A DNA stretch of 64,000 bases. Origin: Laetmonice hystrix (lineage: Eukaryota). Of the stretch, positions 51,943-64,000 are shown in pieces; the first letter of the stretch is position 1; every line of letters starts with the position of its first letter. Location: assembly GCA_965235115.1 (NCBI GenBank), contig OZ249438.1, positions 37,572,001 through 37,636,000 of the forward strand, in the 5' to 3' direction. The position numbers and the translations under genes are program-made. The notes under the pieces are model-generated. The model had not been told where the DNA came from. It searched no databases and worked only from the letters and a program-made list of their open reading frames with translations.

Positions 51943-53442
51943 TTAACACTTACAGCGACCATATTTGGCTTCAGTCTGCCATATATTATACTGTAATAAC
52001 GTAAACAGGACGTACCTTTAATTTTTTTGTCCGACCTTCAGGAACCGGAAGTCCATTTCCATGTTTAAACTTTGGCCTTTTTTGGCTGTGACAGTTTGAT
52101 TTGAGTTGGTCGGCCTGTAGGGACAGGCATCAGGCGAGCTGTTATGCCGAGTTGGCACATTAATTTAAACTCGGTCCACCTGTCGGCAGTTTGATAGTAT
52201 CCATCAGAAGGTCCAATAGAAGTCATTTACCCCCGGTGTTATCAGCGACCAGCCACCGCGCTCAGCCCCTATTTCTGCCAGCAGGTTAACACCGGCCCAC
52301 CGACTTTTTCCATCACCTTCAGCACGGCCTCCGCTGCTGGTGGCGTACCCTGTCGGCTGGGGACAGAACCAGGGGCCGGAGCTTTGTGCACGGAGCCGGA
52401 AGAGGCCTAGAACAGACGGGTGTCATGGACCGAGGAAGGCGAGATAGTAGATGAGACGATATCTCCATATCTGACTTGATATCTGACTTGATCTATGTGT
52501 CTACCTGACGGTCCTAAGCCTGTCCCAACTGTTGTACTCACAACAAAACCGAGGCTATCCCTGCTGGTGACTGCCGGAGTCCAAGCACGCCAACCCCCAT
52601 CGGGATCAGACTAGGGCAGCACCCATTATGGAGGGGTTCCAAGTGTTAGTGGCAGGCAATTAACGGTTTTTAACACTGGTCGGGGAGTGACAATGACATC
52701 CATTGGTGATCCGATGAAAGCAAACGTATATTGGTTGGTCTGCTCCAGGGCATGATGAGAAACCCGAGCGTTTTCTGACTGATGGAATTAGTGCCACAGT
52801 TTCAACTTCTAATGAGACCTATGGTAAGGCGTCTTGATCGTGCAGATCAGGCGCAGTGCCTGCGCGGATTGCTATTGGCACGGCCGCTCAGGCTGTCTCC
52901 GCACGAACTCGAGCGCTGGGACTGAGTGACCATTCATGCACGTGCGGGGACGAGGGGAGAAGGGCTGCAAGACGGGAGGGTCTGCAGCAAGACCAGCGCC
53001 AATCTAAAGGCAATCACAGACTTGGGCTGGAACACCGATTACAGGTCAACGGGAGCACCTTTACAAGACAGTGCAGTGACTGCGGCTGTGTGGCTTCAGT
53101 TGTGGCTCCACCCAGCACGCGCAGTGCGTGTGCCTGTTCTCCATTGCCGTGCATCCCATGTTGAGCGGGTAGTGGCAGAGGATATCAGTACGGCACGCTA
53201 CCGGCCTCGGTAACCGCTGGCTTCACGACAGCTGCCACCAAACACACGCCACCCCCGTTCACGGATATTCTACCGTCATCCTATTCTAGACATGCTATAT
53301 GAACGCTGTGCCCTCTGGTAGGAAGTTGGCTTCTTGGAGACAAGGATTATTACAAGGGTAACGTGTACTTGAATAGGAGATGGCGAGGTTGCGGGTCACA
53401 TACAGTGGTGTACTATGTGCAGTACTCTCACTGCTCCTGCAG

Positions 53443-53466
53443 GCGTCACTGCTTGGGTTTAGCGAG
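53443..53466 (+). CDS. Candidate 24-nt neurexin stalk micro-exon (ASLLGFSE)
   Basis: ctctcactgctcctgcag|GCGTCACTGCTTGGGTTTAGCGAG|gtgagt: strong acceptor and donor, frame-preserving, open in phase 0 which matches the exon ending at 26528. No homology evidence. Confidence 0.4.
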
Positions 53467-53488
53467 GTGAGTTTGTATTTCCAATCCT

Positions 53489-53655
53489 AGTGCCAGGGCA
53501 GTCCCGGTGCCAGGGCAGTCCCGGTGCCAGGGCAGTGCCAGGGCAGTCCCAGTGCCAGGGCAGTCCTAGTGCCAGGGCACTGCCAGGGCAGTCCTAGTGC
53601 CAGGGCAGCCCCAGTGCCAGGGCAGTCCCAGTGCCAGGGCAGTCCTAGTGCCAGT
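53489..53655. repeat. 16-17-bp tandem repeat, about 10 copies
   Basis: Unit gtgccagggcagtccc(a); starts 22 bp after the candidate micro-exon. Confidence 0.92.
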
Positions 53656-54274
53656 GACAGCTATATTATCTTGATGGTCAGGGTTTGCGTTTCAGGTAAT
53701 ATGGAAACTTCGGTGCAGTTTTTTTAAATTAACCTATCCACTTGCAGTTTCAAGCAATTCAATCAGCAGGATATATTAGACCGTTGAGACTACCGAGGAA
53801 ATGTTAATTGAAAGGTAGTAGCCGGTCAAAGTGTCCAGAGTGAGGGCCTTTACTGTCCAACAATTTCATTAAGGAGTTGATTGAAATAAAATTAGACACT
53901 GATATCTTTTGGCATTATTCTTGGCCAGGCTCTAAATGCTGCATTAAAGGTCTTGATAATATTATTTAAACGAACAGCAAAGATTGGACAAATCTGCTCG
54001 TACCACCATTTGTAATATTTGACCCGAAAAAACATTTACAGACGGTGAAAAATGCAGCACACCAAACATATAGAGGCGCAGAGAGAATCTGCCCCGAGAC
54101 ACGGGAGTTTGCTGCCTTTGATATATGATTTTTAAAATGTCATCGCGCAATATCGGCAAGAGCAAGCTGAATAATTCACATTTCACTGTGTAAGAGAAAA
54201 AATCCTGTTGGTAAAGATCAAGTGACAGTCAGACAGGAAAACAAAATGATGCATAATAGATGATATTGAGTGTA

Positions 54275-54940
54275 GGGGTGTCGTGGTGGTGGTGAGAGGG
54301 GGGGGGGTGTAGGCCCCACTGAGGATGAGGAGGTGATGGTGGTGGTGGTGGTGAGGGGGTGTAGGCCCCACTGAAGATGAAGAGGTGATGGTGGTGGTGG
54401 TGAGGGGGTGTAGGCCCCACTGAGGATGAGGAGGTGATGGCGGTGGTGGTGGTGAGGGGGTGTAGGCACCACTGAAGATGAGGAGGTGATGGTGGTGGTG
54501 TTGGTGAGGGGGGTGTAGGCCCCACTGAGGATGAGGAGGTGGTGGTGGTGGTGGTGAGGGTGTGTAGGCCCCACTGTGGATGAGGAGGTGATGGTGGTGG
54601 TGGTGGTGGTGAGGGGGTGTAGGCACCACTGAAGATGAGGAGGTGATGGTGGTGGTGTTGGTGAGGGGGGTGTAGGCCCCACTGAGGATGAGGAGGTGGT
54701 GGTGGTGGTGGTGAGGGTGTGTAGGCCCCACTGTGGATGAGGAGGTGATGGTGGTGGTGGTGGTGGTGAGGGGGTGTAGGCCCCACTGAGGATGAGGAGG
54801 TGGTGGTGGTGGTGATGAGGGGGTGTAGGCCCCACTGAGGATGAGGAGGTGGTGGTGGTGGTGATGAGGGGGTGTAGGCCTCACTGAGGATGAGGAGGTG
54901 TAGGTGGTGGTGATGAGGGGGGGGGGGGTGTAGGCCTCAC
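54275..54940. repeat. G-rich compound repeat (about 45-50-bp unit with variable (GGT)n)
   Basis: Unit ggtggtggtgagggggtgtaggccccactgaggatgaggaggt; explains the His/Pro/Thr-rich minus-strand ORFs. Confidence 0.95.
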
Positions 54941-57204
54941 TGCTACTAACACCGTATCGGCGACAGCAACTTAGTATAGTATCATGCGTTTGAACCAGCT
55001 ATCTACGCTAGAAAAGTCGCCTCTCAAACCAGGAGCAGAGATTTCCTTGTGAAGGCTCCTGTGTTTACAGAAATGATGAGAAACAGTTTTCAGTGTTAGT
55101 GGAGAGTCTTTCTGTGTTTAATGTGGGGACCGTCTCCACTCGGCTACGTTGTCAGATGAAGGTTTGAGAATGGGGACCGTCTCCACATTATGTTGAAAGA
55201 ATATGAAAGGCCTGTCTCAACCAGGCAGCCCTTGCTTGGACGGGATCCTACCAATCCCGAAAGCCATTCATATTCTGAAAGCGTTGCTGACAGATGGTTT
55301 TGCAAGGGTTTTGTCAGGACACTTGATAGCTTTCTTTGTTACGTGTACGTCTTGTTTCTGAAAGACTTGGCTATCTGTGTCGGCACTCTACAGACATTAA
55401 AGCACGTTTAATGCACTTGTATTTTTTCAAGCTACATTCATCATAAAAATACTTGGTCCATGAATTCCTTGATAGTAGCGTGACACCTAATAGCATACAA
55501 CCGGGGAAACTGATCAAGACATCCTAGTACTCGTCGTTACCACACATTGTCCAATGCTTTAACGTTGTTTTTTTTTTTATCCTGAAGAGGGCCTTAGATG
55601 TCGACACAGCATAAAACCAAAATTATTCACTCAGTCACTCACTCACTGCCCACTCACTCATTCAGCCACTGTAGTCCGCTGTAGTTGTAGGAATGGGAAG
55701 GTAGACTGCTAACTTTGACGGCCAACACGCCAAGCTGATATAGGCCTGCTGCGTGATAAGCCATTGCATTTTGAAGATTAATTATTGAATAATTTAATTG
55801 CATGATGCATTCCTTGTGTTCTTTCGCTGATGGATCTGCCTTTGGCATTCCAAATAATTGATTGGTTTATTGTTTATTCGTTAATTTCTGTATAAAAGAT
55901 CTTAATTGTCCCATTGTCGCTATGCATTGGCGTTGATATGAGACGCCGAAAGAAGGGGGAACTTCTTTCACTGAACCAAATACAATTTCTGGTTTATTCT
56001 GCCGATTGCATTCGGAAGGTCTTTAGGCTGCATCACAGACTCTTACTCTACCAGGACTGGATTAAATAATTAATTTTAAAACATTGTGATCGAATGATAC
56101 AAGATAAGTATTGCCATAGGCAGAGTACATCAATCTGTTTAATATTGCCACCCAGTGTTAGTATACTTGTTATTGATGTACGCATAGTGGATAAAAGCAC
56201 TCTTGAAACCGTCATGTCGTTCGATGAAAGAAAACACGTGTTATTTTAATTGGAAATCTGAAGTAACAGAAGCTTCTGTTACTTTTCTCAGCTTTATGTC
56301 CACAGCTAAAACACTTGAAACGTTTTCAGACATTTTAGGTGATGATTGTTGGTGATTGAGTTGTCATGTGCACCAGCAGCAACACTATAATTTAATTTCA
56401 GGAACGACAAAAATAGAGAAAAAGTACATTGAAAATCTTTTGGCCAGAAATATAATTGATTTGATAAATTTTCCCCAAGGCAGTTTAATTGTAGGTAGAA
56501 ATAAATGTCGGCGCTAACATATGGGCGCCATAACGCGTCATTGTGCTGCCGTGCACCAGTCCCACAGAGTGACTGAAGCCATATCCCATCCCAGCTGTCG
56601 TCATGGTTACCATCTCAGCCATTATTTTTCAAAGGTTAGTTCAGGGCTAATTTGTTGGGAAGGGAAAGATTTTGTACTACCTCACAGGTTTTCTGATCAG
56701 GTCTTCTTTCTAGGAAATGATTAATAATGTTCGGTTTGGATAAAATCTCCCTCGAAATCTGACCTCAAAAATAACAACGGAAGTCTTTAAAACAACCTCG
56801 CGTAGGAGTCCTGGTAACCACGGTAACGGAAGGTCATCGGCACGAGTTCCCGGATGTCAGCATGGCGCAGCCCCTCTCTGTCGCCACACCCAGTCAGCAG
56901 CACCAGTCACTACACCCAGTGAGCAGCACTAGTCGCCACACCCAGTCAGCAACACCAGTGACGAGGTGGTGGGACCCTCGGCCCAGTTTGTAAGTGGTCC
57001 AATTGTCGCTCCTAAAGGGGTTTACAAGTAAAAGCCAATTTAGGAGAGCGAGCGTCCAAGCGGCTCACGTAATTAGGCCAGTCGATTGATTGTGCGGTAT
57101 CATTCCACCAGAAAGGAAATGGGGTCGATGGCTGAACGTATCGCCCAGGTAAAGATAGGGATTAGGTCAGTCTGGGGGTTAGCTGCTACCCGGTGTTAAT
57201 CCGC

Positions 57205-58925
57205 AAAACGTGGTAATATGGACGCACTGATTGTGACGTGAACATTGTGATATGGGCGCCGAACTGTTTGTGACGTGGGACGCCAAACTGTTTGTGACGT
57301 GAACATGGTGATATGGACGCCGAACTGTTTGTGACGTGGGACGCCGAACTGTTTGTGACGTGAACATGGTGATATGGACGCCGAACTGTTTGTGACGTGA
57401 ACATGGTGATATGGACGCCGAACTGTTTGTGACGTGAACATGGTGATATGGACGCCGAACTGTTTGTGACGTGGGACGCCAAACTGTTTGTGACGTGAAC
57501 ATGGTGATATGGACGCCGAACTGTTTGTGACGTGGGACGCCAAACTGTTTGTGACGTGAACATGGTGATATGGACGCCGAACTGTTTGTGACGTGAACAT
57601 TGTGATATGGACGCCGAACTGTGAGGTGAACATGGTGATATGGACGCCGAACTGTTTGTGACGTGAACATGGTGATATGGACGCCGAACTGTTTGTGACG
57701 TGAACATGGTGATATGGACGCCGAACTGTTTGTGACGTGAACATTGTGATATGGACGCCGAACTGTTTGTGACGTGAACATGGTGATATGGACGCCGAAC
57801 TGTTTGTGACGTGAACATGGTGATATGGACGCCGAACTGTGAGGTGAACATGGTGATATGGACGCCGAACTGTTTGTGACGTGAACATGGTGATATGGAC
57901 GCCGAACTGTTTGTGACGTGAACATTGTGATATGGACGCCGAACTGTTTGTGACGTGAACATTGTGATATGGACGCCGAACTGTTTGTGACGTGAACATG
58001 GTGATATGGACGCCGAACTGTGAGGTGAACATGGTGATATGGACGCCGAACTGTTTGTGACGTGGGACGCCGAACTGTTTGTGACGTGAACATGGTAATA
58101 TGGACGCCGAACTGTTTGTGACGTGAACATGGTGATATGGACGCCGAACTGTTTGTGACGTGAACATTGTGATATGGACGCCGAACTGTTTGTGACGTGA
58201 ACATTGTGATATGGACGCCGAACTGTTTGTGACGTGAACATGGTGATATGGACGCCGAACTGTGAGGTGAACATGGTGATATGGACGCCGAACTGTTTGT
58301 GACGTGGGACGCCGAACTGTTTGTGACGTGAACATGGTGATATGGACGCCGAACTGTTTGTGACGTGAACATGGTGATATGGACGCCGAACTGTGAGGTG
58401 AACATGGTGATATGGACGCCGAACTGTTTGTGACGTGGGACGCCAAACTGTTTGTGACGTGAACATGGTGATATGGACGCCGAACTGTTTGTGACGTGGG
58501 ACGCCAAACTGTTTGTGACGTGAGCATGGTGATATGGACGCCGAACTGTTTGTGACGTGAACATGGTGATATGGACGCCGAACTGTTTGTGACGTGAACA
58601 TTGTGATATGGACGCCGAACTGTTTGTGACGTGAACATGGTGATATGGACGCCGAACTGTTTGTGATGTGAACATGGTGATATGGACGCCGAACTGTTTG
58701 TGACGTGAACATTGTGATATGGACGCCGAACTGTTTGTGACGTGAACATGGTGATATGGACGCCGAACTGTTTGTGACATGGGACGCCGAACTCTTTGTG
58801 ACGTGAACATGGTGATATGGACGCCGAACTGTTTGTGACGTGAACATGGTGATATGGACGCCGAACTGTTTGTGACGTGGGACGCCGAACTGTTTGTGAC
58901 GTGAACATGGTGATATGGACGCCGA
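57205..58925. repeat. Modular minisatellite of interspersed 37-, 24- and 33-bp units
   Basis: Modules gacgccgaactgtttgtgacgtg, aacat(g/t)gtgatatg and the short variant gacgccgaactgtgaggtg; explains the three 540-570-aa minus-strand ORFs. Confidence 0.97.
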
Positions 58926-59639
58926 CCTGAATATGCAGCCTTGCTGACTCGGGTTACTGATTTTAGGTCTTGTAAGACGTACCTACATCAACTAGAACAC
59001 GCCGGTAATGTAATATGCCAGGCGTGCATCAGGTCATGTTGGCTGTTGTGCAGCTCTGTGACTGGTCTGTACGGGGCAGGAGTTCTCTCACTGTGGAGTT
59101 ATAGAAACCTTCAGACAGGCAGGTCTCCGGCACAGGTCAGCCAATGTCCGACTAGTCCGCCAGGAGGTTCTTACTAATCCGGCTATTTAAATACAGAACC
59201 CCATCAGAGACCGGATATTCTTAGGTGCAGAGGCAGTATTATGTGTAATAACGTCTTGAGCCAGATCCGCTATGTGGCTTGGATGGCTTCTTATGGTACA
59301 TAGAACCGTGAAGAATGGTTTGCCAGTCTGCAGTGCCTGCTGTCAAGGAGCACTATCTATCGTGTACAAGACCGAGACACCCGAGGGAGGGGAGGGAGGA
59401 GGCCTGCTGATGAAACATGGATCCTCTAACCCAGGATCATTCATGTTAATCAATGCCGGTGGTCTAACGTTGACCAGAAGACCACAAGGTTCCAACCCTC
59501 TAATTTAAGCCACATGTAAGGTTTGCCAGTTACTTGCTCTAAGGTTGGTAGTTTTCGCCGGTTATTCCGGTGTTCAACACAGTTGGCAATTATTGAAACG
59601 TTCGTGCTTGTATCACTGAGATAGTCTCTATCACAACGA

Positions 59640-60812
59640 AAGTCCCTACCTAACGACTGCTCGATCTACATCGAGAGATTACAGATAATGTCTGGTAAAG
59701 TCCCTACCTAACGACTGCTAGATCTACAGCGAGAGGTTACAGATAATGTCTGGTAAAGTCCCTACCTAACGACTGCTCGATCTACAGCGAGAGATTACAG
59801 ATAATGTCTGGTAAAGTCCCTACCTAACGACTGCTCGATCTACATGGAGAGATTACAGATAATGTCTGGTAAAGTCCCTACCTAACGACTGCTCGATCTA
59901 CAGCGAGGGATTACAGATAATGTCTGGTAAAGTCCCTACCTAACGACTGCTCGATCTACAGCGAGAGATTACAGATAATGTCTGGTAAAGTCCCTACCTA
60001 ACGACTGCTCGATCTACAGCGAGAGATTACAGATAATGTCTGGTAAAGTCCCTACCTAACGACTGCTCGATCTACAGCGAGAGATTTTAGATAGGCCTAA
60101 TGTCTGGTAAAGTCCCTACCTAACGACTGCTCGATCTACAGCGAGAGATTACAGATAATGTCTGGTAAAGTCCCTACCTAACGACTGCTCGATCTACAGC
60201 GAGAGATTACAGATAATGTCTGGTAAAGTCCCTACCTAACGACTGCTCGATCTACAGCGAGAGATTACAGATAATGTCTGGTAAAGTCCCTACCTAACGA
60301 CTGCTCGATCTACAGCGAGAGATTACAGATAATGTCTGGTAAAGTCCCTTCCTAACGACTGCTCGATCTACATCGAGAGATTACAGATAATGTCTGGTAA
60401 AGTCCCTACCTAACGACTGCTCGATCTACATCGAGAGATTACAGATAATGTCTGGTAAAGTCTCTACCTAACGACTGCTCGATCTACAGCGAGAGATTTT
60501 AGATAGGCCTAATGTCTGGTAAAGTCCCTACCTAACGACTGCTCGATCTACAGCGAGAGATTACAGATAATGTCTGGTAAAGTCCCTACCTAACGAGTGC
60601 TCGATCTACAGCGAGAGATTACAGATAATGTCTGGTAAAGTCCCTACCTAACGACTGCTCGATCTACAGCGAGAGATTACAGATAATGTCTGGTAAAGTC
60701 CCTACCTAACGACTGCTCGATCTACATCAAGAGATTACAGATAATGTCTGGTAAAGTCCCTACCTAACGACTGCTCGATCTACAGCGAGAGATTACAGAT
60801 AATGTCTGGTAA
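59640..60812. repeat. Minisatellite, 58-bp unit, about 20 copies
   Basis: Unit gtaaagtccctacctaacgactgctcgatctacagcgagagattacagataatgtctg. Confidence 0.97.
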
Positions 60813-61059
60813 ATTGAATGTGATTCACTAATTGGATCATCACGCAAAGAACCTAGTCCAGCAATCGCACGGTGTGACCCTCAGCTTAATTAATAGGCCT
60901 ATATCTGATTGGTTGGCTGCCTAAATTACTGATTTAACGAGCCAATTCAAAACTTTAAGCCTTATAAGGTTTAAGCTTAAGCAGATGTTCCATTTTCAGA
61001 AACCGGGGCCCAAACTACACCCCCCCCCCCCCCAGTGGTTGAAATGATCCTAATATCAG

Positions 61060-61245
61060 TGGTTGAAGTACCCCCCCCCCCCCAGTGAGATCCCGTTTAA
61101 GTGGCTGAAGCCCCCCCCCCCCCAGTGAGATCCCGTTTGAGTGGCTGAAGCCCCCCCCCCCAGTGAGATCCCGTTTGAGTGGCTGAAGCCCCCCCCCCCC
61201 CAGTGAGATCCCGTTTGAGTGGCTGAAGCCCCCCCCCCCCCCCCA
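61060..61245. repeat. About 40-bp repeat with poly-C runs, 4 copies
   Basis: cagtgagatcccgtttgagtggctgaag followed by C11-15. Confidence 0.9.
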
Positions 61246-61894
61246 ACACAGATCTCCACCGTGCCGTTATTACGAGCCTGTCAAGGAGACCGTAGACGGA
61301 CGGCTGTGACGGCCTGTGTCCTGGGCACGGCTTAGACAGATACCTGCCACCGGTTGGCCTGACCTGTCAGCCGGGGAGTGGGGTGAAGGAGGTGGGGGGG
61401 GGGGGCGTCTCAGGCTGACGACCCTCGGCCGGGTGGTGGTTGGTGGTGGTGGGTGGTGGGGGGGGGGGGGCTAGCATGCCGAGCTTTGTTAACCGCGGCA
61501 GTTCCTGCTGCACGCACCCCCCCCCCCCCCGCCCGAGGCATGCCGGGATGATCCATTGATCACCCCGGCGGAGACCTGACCTATTCCAGGACCGCACTTA
61601 TGTTTCACGTATTGCTCAGAATTGATCCATGGAGTACTAGAGTACTGGAGGACTGCACTAGATGGACCCTTTACATACAGACTGAAGAATATCAAAGTAT
61701 TGTGCCCTGTTGCTATACATCACCTGGCGGTTGTCAGTGTGAGGATCAAGGTAGAAGTCAAAGTGACGGGCCATGGTAACCCACCGAGTCATCACCCCCG
61801 ACCCCGCCTTGAGCCAGCGGGCGGGGATGTGATATCATATCAAATCTTAGATCATGGTATACAACTATACATCAGTGCTATCTTCAACTTCCCG

Positions 61895-62020
61895 AAGGTC
61901 GGTGGTTTCCTCCGGGTACTCCGGTTTCCTCCACCAAGAAAAATTGACTTTCATCTCATCTTCACCGCCGTGATATGACCCTGGCTGTTGCAAGGCGTAA
62001 AACCCCAAATACCCACCCAC
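61895..62020 (+). mobile_element. 5'-truncated SINE fragment (V-domain-like core plus tail)
   Basis: ggtcggtggtttcctccgggtactccggtttcctccaccaa resembles the conserved core of invertebrate V-SINE-type elements, followed by a ccgccgtgatatgacc...gttgcaaggcgtaaaacc tail; recognised from memory, no database search. Confidence 0.6.
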
Positions 62021-62069
62021 CCGGTGAGGCAATGAGAGTTATTCTCTTTCGGCAGGCGGAGATAGGGTA

Positions 62070-63245
62070 ATGGGGAACCCGCTCCCGTGTGTATGTTGAC
62101 AGTAGATGGGGAACCCGCTCTGATTACATGTTGACAGTAGATGGGGAACCCGCTCCCGTGTGTATGTTGACAGTAGATGGGGAACCCGCTCCCGTGTGTA
62201 TGTTGACAGTAGATGGGGAACCCGCTCTGATTACATGTTGACAGTAGATGGGGAACCCGCTCCCGTGTGTATGTTGACAGTAGATGGGGAACCCACTCCC
62301 GTGTGTATGTTGACAGTAGATGGCGAACCCGCTCTGAGTACATGATGACAGTAGATCGGGAGCCCGCTCTGAGTTACATGTTGACAGTAGATGGGGAACC
62401 CGCTCTGAGTACATGATGACAGTAGATGGGGAGCCCGCTCTGTGTACATGTTGACAGTAGATGGGGAGCCCGCTCTGAGTACATGTTGACAGTAGATGGG
62501 GAACCCGCTCTGAGTACATGTTGACAGTAGATGGGGAGCCCTCTCTGAGTGCATGTGATGTTGACAGTAGATGGGGAGCCCGCTCTGAGTACATGTTGAC
62601 AGTAGGTGGGGAACCCGCTCTGAGTACATGTTGACAGTAGGTGGGGAGCCCGCTCTGAGTACATGTTGACAGTAGGTGGGGAACCCGCTCTGAGTACATG
62701 TTGACAGTAGATAGGGAACCCGCTCTTAGTACATGATGACAGTAGATGGGGAGCCTGCTCTGTGTACATGATGACAGTAGATGGGGAGCCTGCTCTGTGT
62801 ACATGATGACAGTAGATGGGGAACCCGCTCCCGTGTGTATGTTGACAGTAGATGGGGAACCCGTCCCGTGTACATGTTGACAGTAGATGGGGAACCCGCT
62901 CTGAGTACATGTTGACAGTAGATGGGGAACCCGCTCTGAGTACATGTTGACAGTAGATGGGGAGCCCACTCTGAGTACATGATGACAGTAGATGGGGAGC
63001 CCACTCTGAGTACATGTTGACAGTAGATGGGGAGCCTGCTCTGTGTACATGATGACAGTAGATGGGGAGCCCGCTCTGAGTACATGTTGACAGTAGATAG
63101 GGAACCCGCTCTGAGTACATGTTGACAGTAGATGGGGAGCCCGCTCTGTGTACATGATGACAGTAGATGGGGAGTCCGCTCTGTGTACATGTTGAAAGTA
63201 GATGGGGAGCCCGCTCTGAGTACATGTGATGTTGACAGTAGATAG
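62070..63245. repeat. Minisatellite, 35-37-bp unit, about 33 copies
   Basis: Unit gttgacagtagatggggaacccgctctgagtacat. Confidence 0.96.
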
Positions 63246-64000
63246 GAAAGCACTGTGAGAGTTCGGTAGACCGTATCGACGACCAGGCAGGTCGGGGGGG
63301 GGGGGCACTTATTGATATTTTACCGTATCAATATTGGATTATATAAACTCGAGTCGGTCATGCATGTCGGTATCGGGTTCTGCTGCTACCGGTTGTCGGA
63401 GCTACATGTAGGAGACCGAGGATGGGCTCTGGGAGTGGGGTGGGAAGGAGACTGCGCGGCGGGGGGTGGGGTGGAGGGAAGATCCAAGAATGCCAGGGGA
63501 ATGGCTCCGTGGGAAGACAATAGAGAGAGGTAATATATGCACACATCTGTGCTTTCTTTCACGTTGTTTGAGGAATAAATAATGAGAATTCTAAAGGTGG
63601 AATTGCAGCTATTATCTCTGTAATATATAATAACAACTTTTTTTCACGCACCTCGCCATTTGATGTATACAGTTGTAATACTGCGCATTGCTTGTAACAT
63701 TTCCGGAGAGCTATATATTCCGACTTTGAAATCTTTATTACCCACACTCAGAACGAGGTCTATACAGGCGTATTATCTCAAATCACGCTAGGTTTTACAT
63801 GAATGCCTTACGTTCAAGTGAACAATAGATAACGTGAATGATAATTATGTAGCATCATAAATTTCAAAAATTATAAGCTCTTATCTTAAATACCAGCTTC
63901 ACTGTAAACGTCATTATAATTATTGTTTCCAAGAGTGAACCCACAAACAAGTCGAAATATCGTGATCATGAATAGAAAAAAAACGACACAACTCGTTAAA

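Noticed and set aside
57179-58908. Three overlapping 543-570-aa minus-strand ORFs
   Set aside because: Translation of a minisatellite whose unit lacks stops on that strand; the same peptides appear in all three frames.
63550-63750. Minus-strand fragment vaguely like a MULE transposase (GIYSSPEMLQAMR)
   Set aside because: Too short, interrupted by stops, no catalytic motif visible.

Overview
Eukaryotic (invertebrate, probably lophotrochozoan-like) genomic DNA; no prokaryotic features and no CRISPR. The only protein-coding gene I can support is the 3' half of a neurexin on the + strand. Five GT-AG exons (6837-7018, 8522-8693, 24933-25034, 25462-25573, 26441-26528) splice in frame to the last LNS/laminin-G domain plus the start of the Ser/Thr/Pro-rich stalk: (D)GIAYSFGGSEGGIVTFNFAENARPDTKEDSVALGFITAQKDAVLLRVTSSNSNDYIEIEMVDGNIFVVYNMGTMDHPIGELFEKVNDGRYHVVRFVRTGPNSTIQVDDLAMQTKNPTGQQLNIFNSQTQVLVGGKRDSRGKISRPFQGVIAGVVLSGLRILDLAAQGDPRVTIEGDVVLEIGPLRAATGMTIFPPSKPVIVTPAPGETTTTSMQGSRV. 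The upstream EGF exon and the downstream Cys-loop/TM/tail exons were not found and probably lie outside the window. Roughly 25 kb (about 40%, my hand tally) is more than 30 mutually unrelated minisatellite arrays (units about 15-142 bp); these explain nearly all long ORFs in the ORF track. There are also several MITE-like inverted-repeat elements and a SINE fragment. The most interesting observations are: (1) arrays built from the neurexin splice junctions themselves, multiplying donors and acceptors and creating candidate stop-containing micro-exons; (2) TA-duplicating insertions (TAGGCCTA, TAGCCTA, TAGCTA, TACCGTA) inside repeat units, where sister units preserve the empty site, which look like DNA-transposon excision footprints; (3) candidate neurexin micro-exons in the SS4-equivalent intron and in the stalk (SS5-like) intron. 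None of these is validated; I see no evidence for a new multi-gene system.
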